Positions 48,711 through 60,730 of a DNA stretch of 64,000 bases are shown here, piece after piece. Under the pieces are notes generated by a model. The model ran no database searches. It worked only from the letters and a program-made list of their open reading frames with translations, and was not told the DNA's origin. Positions within the stretch are counted from its first letter, which is position 1, and every line of letters begins with the position of its first letter. The position numbers and the translations under genes were made by a program. Origin of the DNA: Iphione sp. A-MEVVRFRX5 (taxonomy: Eukaryota); assembly GCA_976226885.1 (NCBI GenBank), contig OZ320317.1, positions 83,886,001 to 83,950,000 on the forward strand, written 5' to 3'.

Positions 48711-49674
48711 CATAGAGAGATGCTTCCAACTGGGAAAAAAAATCACTGGTCGTAAACCCCCGTCAGATTCCTCTGCCACAATCCCCCTCCCCCTCAGATT
48801 GGTTAACTGTACAGCTATGGAGCAGGGCTTCCCCTCCCGGGAACGATCAATACCAGATCCGATGTGACACCATTGTTTACGCCTATATATGTGCTTGTGA
48901 TGGGTGCGTAATGCAGGCAATATTGGTTGTATTCTAGAAGCAGTCTCAGGTCAACAATTGATTTTTTTTCTTATACGCCGTTTATTTCGACGACGGCAAA
49001 GCGATGGCAATTGTTTTTTTTGTTATGGACAACAGATGGAATGTGAAGATAGCTGGAAGGCTAGAAATGGGACCAATTTAGATTTGCATATATACATGTA
49101 TTCGAACTAATCCACGAGATGTAATGAGCTGACAGGGAAAGTTACAATGTAGGTCAAACCTGTGGTTGAGGTAATTCATATTGACAGTTGCGATGCATAC
49201 TGACATCATGCAGGCGAATAAGTTGTTGTTCTTTGTTATTGCCTCAGATATCGATTGACTGTAAGATACTGGAAATTTGTATTGTTGTACGTCGCTTATC
49301 CAGTGGAAATAAAGAGTTAAAAACAAAAAGTTAAAACAGCCCCTCCGTCGGGCTAGTAATAATCTTGCCATACGGAACTCTTCGGTTAAATTGTCTGGTT
49401 AAGTTTGATTATTCATATCCACGTTACCTCAGTAATATAAATGATAATCACCAAAGCCTGACCTGTGAACATACAGAAGAAAATCTGCAATCTGTCAGTC
49501 CAGTATTTTAGTGTCGTGGTCCTATCTATAATTCAAAGCTCGTTCAGTGTAATTGCCGTGGATATTTTAGACAACCGCAGATACATGTATATCCGATATC
49601 AATAAAGAACGCAGAAACGGCTGGACAAACGGATGCGTCTTGCGTCTTTCCAATATCATCTCTATATCCCTTCA

Positions 49675-50017
49675 GCCTAAATGGAAGATATACCTATGTT
49701 TCCGGTAACTCGACCGACCACCATTTTGGTCCGAATGGAATATTACATTTTTATTCTTTTGTGAATACATGTATCTTGAGAATGAATGAAGCTAGAGTGT
49801 TATACAATACACCATTGCCTTCCTGTGGGCCTTAACTTTGAAATGATATCAGTTTAAGTAATATCCAAGCAGAAGAAGTGGTGGTTATGGGCTTGGAATA
49901 TACTGTCTAGCTTTTTTTACTGATATATTTGTGCACAGAGGAAAAAACAAACCTACCTACTTACCGACCCTATATTTTTCCAACCTGCTACCGGAAACAC
50001 ATCTATTTCTTTTAGGC
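49675..50017. mobile_element. MITE related to the 35544 family
   Basis: Ends GCCTAAATGGAAGATATACCTATGTTTCCGGTAAC ... GCTACCGGAAACACATCTATTTCTTTAGGCC, flanked on both sides by TCA; subterminal CCTACCTACTTACCGACCC motif shared with the family. Confidence 0.68.
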
Positions 50018-52304
50018 CTCATACACATCACGGTTTCTTATGAGGTCAATACCTCATGGACGGTCTCTTTCCTCTTCATGACTTAAAAACGCCCACCTTC
50101 CATCACAGCCGTCTTAATGTTCGGGGAGGCACCGACCTCCAAGCTGGGCAATCTCCAGCTTTGCATTTCAATAATCACCGTCTCTCTTTACCTTGAGGCC
50201 TCTCGGAAGACGAACAGTTTTTTGTTCTGTGTCGTACAGTTCTATTGTTTCTGAGCTGTATGTTTCTGAACTCAAAGAATAATCCTGGAAATCGTGCTTT
50301 AGATCATTCAACTGATGCAATGTTGTAAGAATTAAAGCGATACGATATCCACGAGTAGTTATTACATTCCGCCTTCGATGGGAAAGAAATTAATTGTTAA
50401 AATATCCAAGTGGCGCGTACCTCTCTCTACAGTGGCTGTAACAACATCAATTTACTGATTAAGTTCCATTTCAAATGGAAATTTGATATGAAGTGAATGT
50501 AAAGTGACCACTATAAAAATTAAATGTACCATAGGATAATACTAAAATCACTTTGTGTTATTAAGATACATAATTCATATTTTACTCATCAAATGAATGC
50601 ATACCTAAGATGTGCAGTAGGCAATGCCAAGGAAACCGACTTCGCAATGAAAGAAAATGATGGCTGATTCAATGCTTGTAGCGGGAAGTAAAAAGGGTTT
50701 GCTGTTTTGAATGTAGCATCCTTCAAAGAAAGGTTTGTTCGTACTCGCACGATAAGGTATGGGAAAATTTTCTAGAGTGGCAACCAGTCAAGGTGTACTT
50801 ATATTATCTTCTTGTGCATCTTATATCAAAACATTAACGTGAGGCTATCTTTTTCACTCATGTTACAAAATTGGATTGTCATACAACGGAAAAGATGTTG
50901 ACAGCGTTCAGTACTATTAATTATGCCCTGAGAACCACAAGAAATAACAATTAAGTGTCTTACCAGCTAGTCATTTTTGCAGAACACTGTTTTCTTAACA
51001 GCTATAATCTGAGCAGCATAAAACTGCGAAGGTGCACCACTCTTGCTGTAATTACTCACATCTCTTCATTATTAAAGGCTCCTTTATGGACTGTCATCGT
51101 CTTCACCATAGTTTGCAAAGCATATATATGAACCTTTACATGAAAGTCTGCGCACACCAAAGTTACATTTATAGTCCGGTGTGTCCTTTATCTCTTATAC
51201 TGAGGCTGAAAGGCCTTTTTTCATTCCATTTAGAATTGGTGACAGCTCTGCTGATGCTCATTGATAGTAGACTACACAGTAATTCCCAATCCAGTCTGCA
51301 ACTAAGATTAAGTAACATTCAAAATGGATTGTGTTTAACTGTTCTGGAAAGGTAAGGATTATTATCTCTTCTGTGGTCGCTTTCAGAAACGCATTTAATA
51401 CGGAGTGCAACTTGTATACCCGACAGGGGCATACATATATATGTAAATCTGATCTATCGGAAATATACCTGTACAGACTTAGATTCGGCCGGTATATGGT
51501 TTGAGGGGGAGAAGGATAGGGCTAGAAAGGGTTTGGTGTACACAAGTGTACTTTTTGATATGTGCCTGTGGCATTCTTTCCTAGAATTCTGATGACTTTA
51601 ATAAATATTTTTTCTTGATAATTAATCCAGTCCATCTTCTTGTGTTTCTTCCTTAGTCTATATCTATCACACATTTCGTGCTGCTTGTGAGAGTTAGTTA
51701 AAAATTGTGACAACTGCTGAAATATACACCATATAAAGATCCAGTGACTCACCCTGTTCTAAAAGCACATGGGAAAACACCCCATTATATACTGAATGAA
51801 ATACAGGTCTGCCTTCTCTTCAGAATTCAGTCTCATGGACTTGGACCCATGTGTGCTCCTCAGTGAAGAATTCCTACTGCTACCACACCTGTACTTTGCA
51901 CATCCTCTACATACTCGATGAGTTGTGTTAGCACAGATTTGAGAGCCAACACATCCAACACTTCGCCCATATGATCTAATGTAATTTTACTGTTTTGAAC
52001 TACCTTCCTTACCGATGATGTTAGTTTTTGAACTGTCCGGTTGCACCTGTATGGTTCATGCGGCTCTTAATATAAATGCTTTTTTGGGTCTGCTCGTCTT
52101 GTTTTTGTCTCGATGGTCTCATATCTGTGGAAGTGGAACCCATCCGGTGATGATACTCGTATGTACACAGTTCATGTCTTGGGCGACTTTAGTAACTGCT
52201 TAAGAAAACATTTGGGGATCTTAATACACTGTCCGAAGTAATATACCTTTCACCACTGCACGATCCTTTCTTTTGCCATTAAGAAAGACATGCCCTCGTT
52301 CTTA

Positions 52305-52435
52305 TATCTGACAAACTCTTCTCTCCACTGTATGAAACAGCAAACACCCTCTGCAGTTTAAACTCTTCTGTCCACTGTATGAAACAACAAACACCCTCTG
52401 CAGCTCTATATCTGACAAACTCTTCCCTCCACTTA
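52305..52435. repeat. Local tandem duplication of a ~47-bp unit
   Basis: AACTCTTCT(C/G)TCCACTGTATGAAACA(G/A)CAAACACCCTCTGCAG occurs twice, with a partial third copy. Confidence 0.85.
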
Positions 52436-55400
52436 ACAGCAACCACACTCGACAGCCTGAGCGTCGGTTGCACCGATTATGCGTCCCTTTACGGTTCTCT
52501 GCGCTCCTATCCTCGATCGTATTTATCTTTTTATTGTTATTTTTACGAGCCGTAATATACCCATCCCATTATCTTGTAGTCGTCCATGGACTTGGGTTAG
52601 CATATCGTGGAATGATAACAAGCTTCTAGTGTTGAAAGATGTACAACTACAGTAGTTCGAAGTAAGGCTTTATAGAAATGTTTCCCGTTATGCAGTTTAT
52701 TTTCAGCATGAAACTTGCTTTTCTCCACGGTTCTCCCCTTAATGCAAGAGACTTATTTGCCGCTACGATCCAAAATGTTGAAAAACAGAAACACCCTAGG
52801 GATTAAAAGTATATCAATACTTGAAATGCTGCTTTTGCCATTAAATAACACAGGATAATAACATAAGCAAATCAAGTAGAACTTCACGCATTATCTGAGA
52901 ACTAAAAGAAAAACCTGTTCTCCTGTGGCAAAGTAACATCAGTTTCAACAAAGTACGACGGCAGAGATTGATGGTGAATAATTGAGGCGCATCAGCCATC
53001 TTCACTGAAAGGTGGCCATGACAGGTCAGGTCAGACTCCCAAACGAGGAGGGGGGGCATGCTCCTGCTCATGAAATGTAGATGATGCTTCACCATCTGTT
53101 GTCCACGGCTAATGACGCCCTAGGGGATGATACCTTACGAGATAGCTATACACGGGGGTTCAGTTGAAATGTGTCAACAACTTAGTAGAGTGGAATATAA
53201 GTCCCTGGTTGCATTTAGGCAATACGTCCAAATTACTTATACGGCTTAGTGGTGACTGCCTAGTTTTCAGCAATGTTAGTCAAGTATAAAGCTTGTATTT
53301 TAATAAGGTCTGAAAATATGGGTGTTTCTGGTAATAGGCTATAAAAAAAATCTAACATTAAGAGGTTGGGTTATTTTTTTTCTTTGTTTAGCCCCTTTGG
53401 CTGTACCCTTTGCTGTTACTGCTTTCCGTGCCTACGTTGACTTGTTTCTGGCCTTTTTTTAATTAGCCCTCTATTGCCATCGTCATCTTTATAAGTTCAT
53501 TTCCCATACTAACTCAAAATTAATTCCAACATAATCCAGGGTAAAAATGAAGGCAAAAAAAGGCAGGGGCAGTCGAGTTACTGGAAACGCAGGTATCTTT
53601 TTTAGGCCTAATGCGTAACCTTCTTTTCCTTCTGAAAATGTATTTGGCTTTGTGACACTGCCCTACAACATTCACGTGATCAAAAAAGTTTACATGTAAT
53701 TTGAGGAAGCAGGGGAAGCGATAGAAGGTATGCTGTACATGCAATATAAACATGCATCATACCTATACCTACCGCCAGCTGGTGGCCACATACTGACAGA
53801 TTGACAGTATCAACTAGTAATTCGTGAAATGTGAGCGTTTCTAGGAGAATAATGACCTGCCTTCGGGCCTAATTTTAACGCTGTCACTCAAGAATGCCTG
53901 CCGCCATCGTAGGACAATTACCTTCACATACAACAGACGACCACGTCATCTTCTCTGCCCCGTTCGAAGATTATGATTAAAATAGGAAAGGTAATAACAC
54001 AATGACATCGCCCGCAACTGCAGACAGCCCATTTAAGGAAGCTTCGCTACTCTGCCCTGTAGACTTAAGAGTGTATTAGGTTACTGTTATATGAATTCAT
54101 TCGGAAACATGATCGTAGTCGTTATTTGTCGCGTCCCAGGACAAATGTTATTGCCAATTCGTGGGCTAAGAAATGGTTTATATTCAGTGTGAGTGGGCAA
54201 ATATTAAGGCAGGAAAGCACATCGAAATTTGGACATGCGTATTCCCATACTTTAGATAATTAATGCTTACATTCAACATTTATAGTTATGAAGTATCAAT
54301 GCCATAATGCGGTATAATCACCTGTATGTGGTTTGGTTAGAGGCTTTGCCTTTAAAGGGCTGCTGTTGCTCATCAACCTGATCTAAGGTGGGTTTCATAT
54401 GTACATGTTGAGTTTTCATGCACAGCGGTGTATTGTTTACACCCTACCCCATTCATGTGCATGAATGATATACATATGTAATACTAGATGTCCTCCTGCC
54501 GTGTATTTTCATGTTAAAGCATATCCGTTTGTGCTATAACCCCGTCCTCTATGGGTTGGCGAAATGTAAATGGATGTGTTATCATTACTCATGTGCATAA
54601 CTATGTGAAACAGCTAGTCAAATTCGATGTCCCTCCAGTAACACAAACGTGTCTGTTCTTGTAAAACATATGCATGTGAAACCCAGCTTACAGAAATGAG
54701 TCCCATATCAGAAAACAATCGCCCCAAACCATTTCAGTAATGTTCGCAGACCAGTTGCTTAACGAGATGGCAATGGCGCCGACATAGTTGACGCCACGAA
54801 AGAAATGTGATCGATTTTTTTTTATCAGCGCGATGTTTTTTTTTCCCGGGGCTTTTAAATAGGTGTTCATCTGACCTTTGTCTGCTCGTAAATAGAGCCG
54901 CCCGTGGTGCAGCCAGCACATGCCAGTCTATCCACTTCTATTTGTTCAGCTGAGAGGGGACGGTCATATCTGCAGAACAATTTGCCTTTCTTGTCAGTGA
55001 AGGCTTTAGTAGCTCCCTGTCTCAGCAAGAGGGGAGAGAAAGTCAATTTCTGATGGGGGGGGGGGGTTCCCCAAAACCAGTGGGCGTCAGTATATAAACG
55101 AATATATGATTACGATTCTTCGACATTTACCCAAAAAAGAAATCCACTTCGTCCTGTAGCCGCGTGCTGCACGGTAGACCAGCCAGCCGGGTCGACGGTC
55201 TCATTCTCATCCTTCCGGTGTGATTTATTCTTCCCTCCACCGTCGTCGCTCTTCTCCCGCCCCTAACACGCATACGCCACCGTTAGCGACGTTTAATGGT
55301 CGGCGCTCCTGGTCGCTATGGTAATACCGCCGACGGACCTGACGACAGGTTGATTGTAGCTTCCGGCATGGTCGCCTCCTCGGCCGCACTCCCCCCCCCC

Positions 55401-58017
55401 CTCCAACCAAACCCAACGCTGATGCCTCCAGTCGGTGGTGGGGAGGGGCGGGGGCGCTTCTTCGGCTACGTCATTTGGCTTCACTTTTCCACCCCCACCC
55501 CCCCCATCCCCACTTCAACCCCATCTAGCACGACGACCGGCAACTGCCCTTGCTAGGAACACAACCATTTGATATCGGGCCTGCAATCATGGCGGACGCT
55601 AACTCGGCGCGGCAGGGCCGTCTGACCACTTCTCTTCCTTCCGCCGTCCGCGCGAAGAATGAGTCCCCTTGGCGGATGTAGTGGCTAAGTGCCCACCGAC
55701 CTCCTCCCACCCTATCCCCATCTCTGACACCCCACCCCAGCCCTCCCCAACCCCCCGAAGCCGCCTGCCATTCCATAACCTGCCCCTACAACCTCAACCT
55801 GCCATCAAGTGACCATCAGAAGACCAAACACCACTGGCCCCGCCCCAGGCCACCGGAAGCTTGGGATCAACAGACGCTGACCCCATCGGGGCAGAGGGTC
55901 AATAAAGAACGGTTCCTCTTGATCAACAGCGGCGCCTGCCTGTCCGCCCGCCGGTCTGCCAACACTAGCCACTTCCTGCAACTTTCCTTCGGTCAATATG
56001 ATGCCAGGCAGGACGGGACGTCTCCATTCACATCAGTGGACTCATCATACCCTAGCCGCATTCCCTACCGTGTCGTCGACTCGGTGTGGGTGGTGGTATA
56101 GACCGCCCAACCGGTTCATTATTGGACTAAAGAAAAACCGGGTTCACCTCGTCGTGCCTATAGCCAGAATTTTTTTTAAGATGATGGATGGTGGAAAACT
56201 AGTACTGCCAAGCGTGGGTAGACAAGTCGATGATGCCGAGTTTAACAGATTTGCCACAGACCTGATCAATATGTAACGGCCAGACATCGAACAAAACAAC
56301 CATACAAATCCCCGAATGGATGTATCTCTTACGAGATGATTCCTCTTGCGTACGTTGGGGGATAGACCATCAGTGCATCCCAATACCACTTGTAGGCATC
56401 ATCTGTCTTGTAAAGGCTTCGCATTAGCTTTATATCTTCATTATTCTGGTATGAGATTCAACAGGAGGCGAAAGGATTTCATCTCCTGTTGAAAGTCTAT
56501 GTTTTCGTATACTACTTACTCCCTTTTTCCTCTCGATCTCATGTAGATTGCTTTCGGAAGTATTTATTGGAAAAAAGACAGCCCCATAGATAAATTGCTG
56601 CCTGTCTGCGTGAGTCCCAACTGCAGGAAAGGCAACGCCCAGACGGAAGTATGCTTTCCTGCGTGCAACTAATCTTTCTCCAAGTCTAAGTATCATAGAT
56701 TCAACATATGTACGTGGACTATTTCAGTGTGGAGGCTTTGTGGCAACATTTCCGACGTATACTACAATATATTCTTTGGAGTTAAATTAGTAGATTATAT
56801 GAACTAAACAGTGAAATATGATCATGACTTTAGAATATTGCTAAGTTTATCTTATATTTGCTTACATGCACATCCGTTTTATGGGTTCATTGTGTAGAGA
56901 TGCCTGAGACTTCGAGATGAATTTCACGCCCCGCCATTGATTCATCTTATAATAAAGATTTTTAATGACAGCATTTTCCAAAGATATTCAATGTGGACAA
57001 TGTGGGATAAAAGTCGGCTTTTGTAGGTTTTTTGTGCTGACAGTGATTTGCTGGTTATGACAAATGGGATGTTTTTAAAACGAATTGAAGCTGCCAAATC
57101 ATGTCAATATCCACCTCCCATTCGAAGATTGACGGTTTCAATAAATACCTGCCAGGACATGAAAGAATACGTCAATGTACTTTGCATTTCAATTTGAATG
57201 ATCAATTGTGAGAAATGTAATAAAAATTAAAGTACCCCTCTCGAATTGATCCCAACCCCCCAACCCCCCAGGCCTCAAGTGATCGTTATGTGAGGTCGGT
57301 CGTGAAATCAAGCGTTGTACATTCCTGAAGGTCTTCAAACCACATTCACGCAATAAAATATAAGCATACGGCAAGCGGTGGCTTGCCCCCCAGAGCCTCA
57401 TTCACTGAATATCAGATCGTCTCTCTCATCAACTTCCACGCAACTTTACGGGACTCCCCACCGATGTAGGTCAGCGTACAATAGGCAGACACCTTGTCAC
57501 GGGGCGACTGCAGGCAGTGAGAGGGGAGCGGGAAATGTTAAAAGAGGAAGTTCTGATGGCTGGGTTTTGTAATGGCGTTAGCCTACATACAGCTGGCCGA
57601 CCTTTCTAAACCTGGCCGTCGACGCCAGACTATGGCGGAGAGCTGCCAGCACAACGGCAGGCGCTGGCTGCCGGCGCTTGACTTTAAGGGGCACCGCCGC
57701 CGCCGCCGAACACACAGCCCACTGGCAGGTTACCAGAACCTGTAGCTAGGGCCAAAACCATGGGTAATCCACGGGAATCTATCAGTCACCCCCCACACAC
57801 CACCCACCCCCCCACTGGGTGCAATGCTAGCGGTCGGTGTGATATCATTTCCAATCAATACAATGTTTGTTTCAAACTGACCATAACTCCTGTGTAACAG
57901 AAGTCTTTTCTTCGTTGGGATAGCCGATTGTGCCTATGAGAGAAAGAGTGTGTGATTTCAACTCTGCGCCCCCCATCTATACCACAGTTCTAAAAAAATA
58001 TATAGACTTAACAATAT

Positions 58018-59007
58018 TCTGATGCTGATTCCATAGTTTATGCTGACGATATCACTGTCTTCTGCACAGCTAATAATATAGCAGCACTACGTGTTAAATT
58101 GTCTAGAACTATCAAGGATGTGGTGCAGTGGACAAGAGCACAGGGCCTAGTGTTGAACCCACAAAAAACTCAGTATATTCTTTTTGGTAAATCCAGTACT
58201 TTTGACCTTGACTTAGAGCTGATGGGCACCAAGATTGAGAAGAAAAGAAGTGTCGAATTACTAGGCTATCATATTGATCAATCACTATCTTGGACTCAGA
58301 TGGCAAATGACAAGATAGCCAAGGCTAGGCAAAGAGCAGGAGCTCTCTCTAAGCTGAAGAGTAGCATAGGCTTTAAAGAGTGAGTTTTATTTTTTAAATC
58401 GTTTGTCATGCCCATTTTTGATTATGGTCTTTTTTGTTTACATGGTGGCAAGAAAATTCAGGACAAGTTGCAACTAGAATTTAACAGATGCCTGAAGCTA
58501 GTGGTGAACAAAAGTCCAGGAGGCCCCTCAGCAGTATCCCTGAGGAGGAAGCTTGGCTTTGAAGCATTGTCTGTAAGAGCTACAAGACAAACCCTGATGC
58601 TAATATCGAGGCTGGTTGATCAAGGTTTGTTGAGAGAAAAGAAGGGAAAAAGAAAGACAAGGCACAGTCTTGGTCGAGTGCTGTCAATCAAAAAACCAAA
58701 AACTACAAAATATGCTCGGTCTTTCATATATACTGGAATTTCAAATTGGAATCGGTTGCCGGTAGACTTGCGCACATCAACATCACTGCGTGTTATGCTA
58801 AGGTCAATCAAAAAGGTTGCATTAGACACTGGTTAGTTAGCTACTGTAGTTAATCTTGACATACAGCTACCTCATCTCTGTGTCAATGCCCTATTGTTTG
58901 TCTATGTCAGTTTACTTTTCTTTTCTATGGATTAATTTTTTGTTATGTAATCTGGAAGATCTTCTATTGTATTACTGAAGATGTGAAATAAAATCAATCA
59001 ATCAATC
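58018..59007 (+). mobile_element. 5'-truncated non-LTR retrotransposon (LINE, probably CR1/L2/Crack-like superclade), RT C-terminal half, antisense to KCNQ1
   Basis: One frame reads ...IVYADDITVF...GLVLNPQKTQYI...LLGYHIDQSLSW...*VLFFKSFVMPIFDYG...RSFIYTGISNWNRLP, with one internal TGA at 58381-58383 and the ORF ending at 58836. The 3' UTR ends in AATAAA followed by an (ATCA)n tail. Flanking direct repeat AACAATAT at 58010-58017 and 59008-59015. Confidence 0.92.
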
Positions 59008-59164
59008 AACAATATGTAATTAAGAAGCAAAAGCTTTATAGCTTTTGTAGCATACCAGAAATAAAAAACAACTGACAGCCGTGTTTAAAAGGAGATCATT
59101 TATATCCAAATCCAATTGACTAATAATATAATGAGTTCCGATACTTGTTCAGTGTGTGCATGCA

Positions 59165-59290
59165 TACGTACTTAGTGCATTACGGATAAGTACCCGTTAT
59201 ACGTTCTTACTGCATTATACCGATAACCGGTACTTACTGCATTACAGATAACTGTATATATATAATACGTACTTACTACATCACTGACAA
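59165..59290. repeat. Degenerate repeat with core TACTTACTGCATTA
   Basis: About 4 diverged copies spaced by variable linkers. Confidence 0.65.
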
Positions 59291-60418
59291 CCGTGCTTCG
59301 TACACGTTCGCCTTTGCTGAAAACATTACCATTATAGTGAAACCTGTCAAAAGAAAAACCACGGGCGTCGCCTTTAATTATGGGTTCTGTAAACAGCCAG
59401 GGAGATCTGTCGGGGACCACAAGACCACAGTGAGACGATCACAAGGCCAAGTATCGACTACCACCTTACTTAATGAAGCTAATAACTAGAACCACACTCT
59501 ACCGCCAGCGCCCCTGACATGTATATACACGTGCCTGCCGCGGAGTTAACTACAGTCGCTTACATAAGGGTGCATCGAGGACGTGAAATGCACCAAAAAA
59601 AACACAGGGCGCGGCTGGAATGAAGCATATAAACAAAACTGGTAAATTTCAGGTGCGAACTTTACACTTCGTCTTCAGTTCAAACGTGAAGCCCAAACCT
59701 AAACCTATAGCAGGTTTTTCCGATTTGGGAAGCGTCAGTGGCTATGGTGATGAGTCCTCGCTACACGTTTCTGTGCCTGTAATTGTAGCTGGTGCGCCAC
59801 GGGTAGGTCGACCCTGCAGGCTGTAAAACCTTGTCCATACCACTCACCGTAGATCAAATTGCTGCTGGGTTCAGACAGAGTAGATCTATTAGGTCTTTCT
59901 GTTCCGCATTCGATCTCATATTCTCAGACCAGGGTACGTACTTACATATGCACACGGTGGGCATGTGACTGGTTGCCCTACAACTCCAGTATGGAGAGGC
60001 ATATATGACGCAAGACGCGTGACACACTACATAATACATCATATGTGTATACGTTTGACACTATACATGTACATGTAAATCACATTAACTTCCCAAAGCA
60101 ACGTGACCTGGCAAAACATACTTCAATTATAATACTGTGTAACATCCCTCCGCCCCCCCTTTTTTTAATTCCAAAGTAAACGGGAACATAGACCTGCGAG
60201 GCAAACAGGCATTCATGGCCGGTTTTTCGTTATCACTGACTTATCACCTCTGTCTTGGCCTTGGCTGTTCCTGCTATCTCGTGTGTATTTTTCATTCAAA
60301 ACCTTATCTCCAAGATAGGGGGAACAGGTGAGGGGTGTCTGAGACGTCTTACATAACAAAAATACCTGATTTTCATGGCCAATTGAGTTTTAGATGCATC
60401 TTTTTGCTCTCAAGTAGC

Positions 60419-60730
60419 CTGGAAAAAGTTTAAAAACTGGCAAATGTCACTGGAAAAAAGTCTAAAAACTGGTGAATGTACCTGGAAAAAAGTATAAAAA
60501 CTGGTAAATGTCACTGGAAAAAGTATAAAAACTGGCAAATTTCACTGGAAAAAAAGGATAAAAACTGCCGAATGTCACTGGAAAAAGTATAAAAACAGGT
60601 AAATGTCACTGGAAAAAGTATAAAAACTGGCAAATTTCACTGGAAACAAGTTTGAAAACTGGTGAATGTCACTGGAAAAAGAATAAAACTGGTGAATGTC
60701 ATTGGAAAAGTATAATAACAGGTGAATTAT
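60419..60730. repeat. ~28-29 bp tandem minisatellite, about 11 copies
   Basis: Unit approximately CTGGAAAAAGTATAAAAACTGGTAAATGTCA, with variable A-run length. Confidence 0.92.

Noticed and set aside
48024-48867. Long ORFs (122-254 aa) over the minisatellite
   Set aside because: They are a by-product of a 15/90-bp (multiple-of-3), stop-poor repeat; the peptides are low-complexity LYYPP repeats.
60419-60730. Regularly spaced ~29-bp repeats resembling a CRISPR array
   Set aside because: Head-to-tail tandem units with no unique spacers and no cas genes, in a eukaryotic context.
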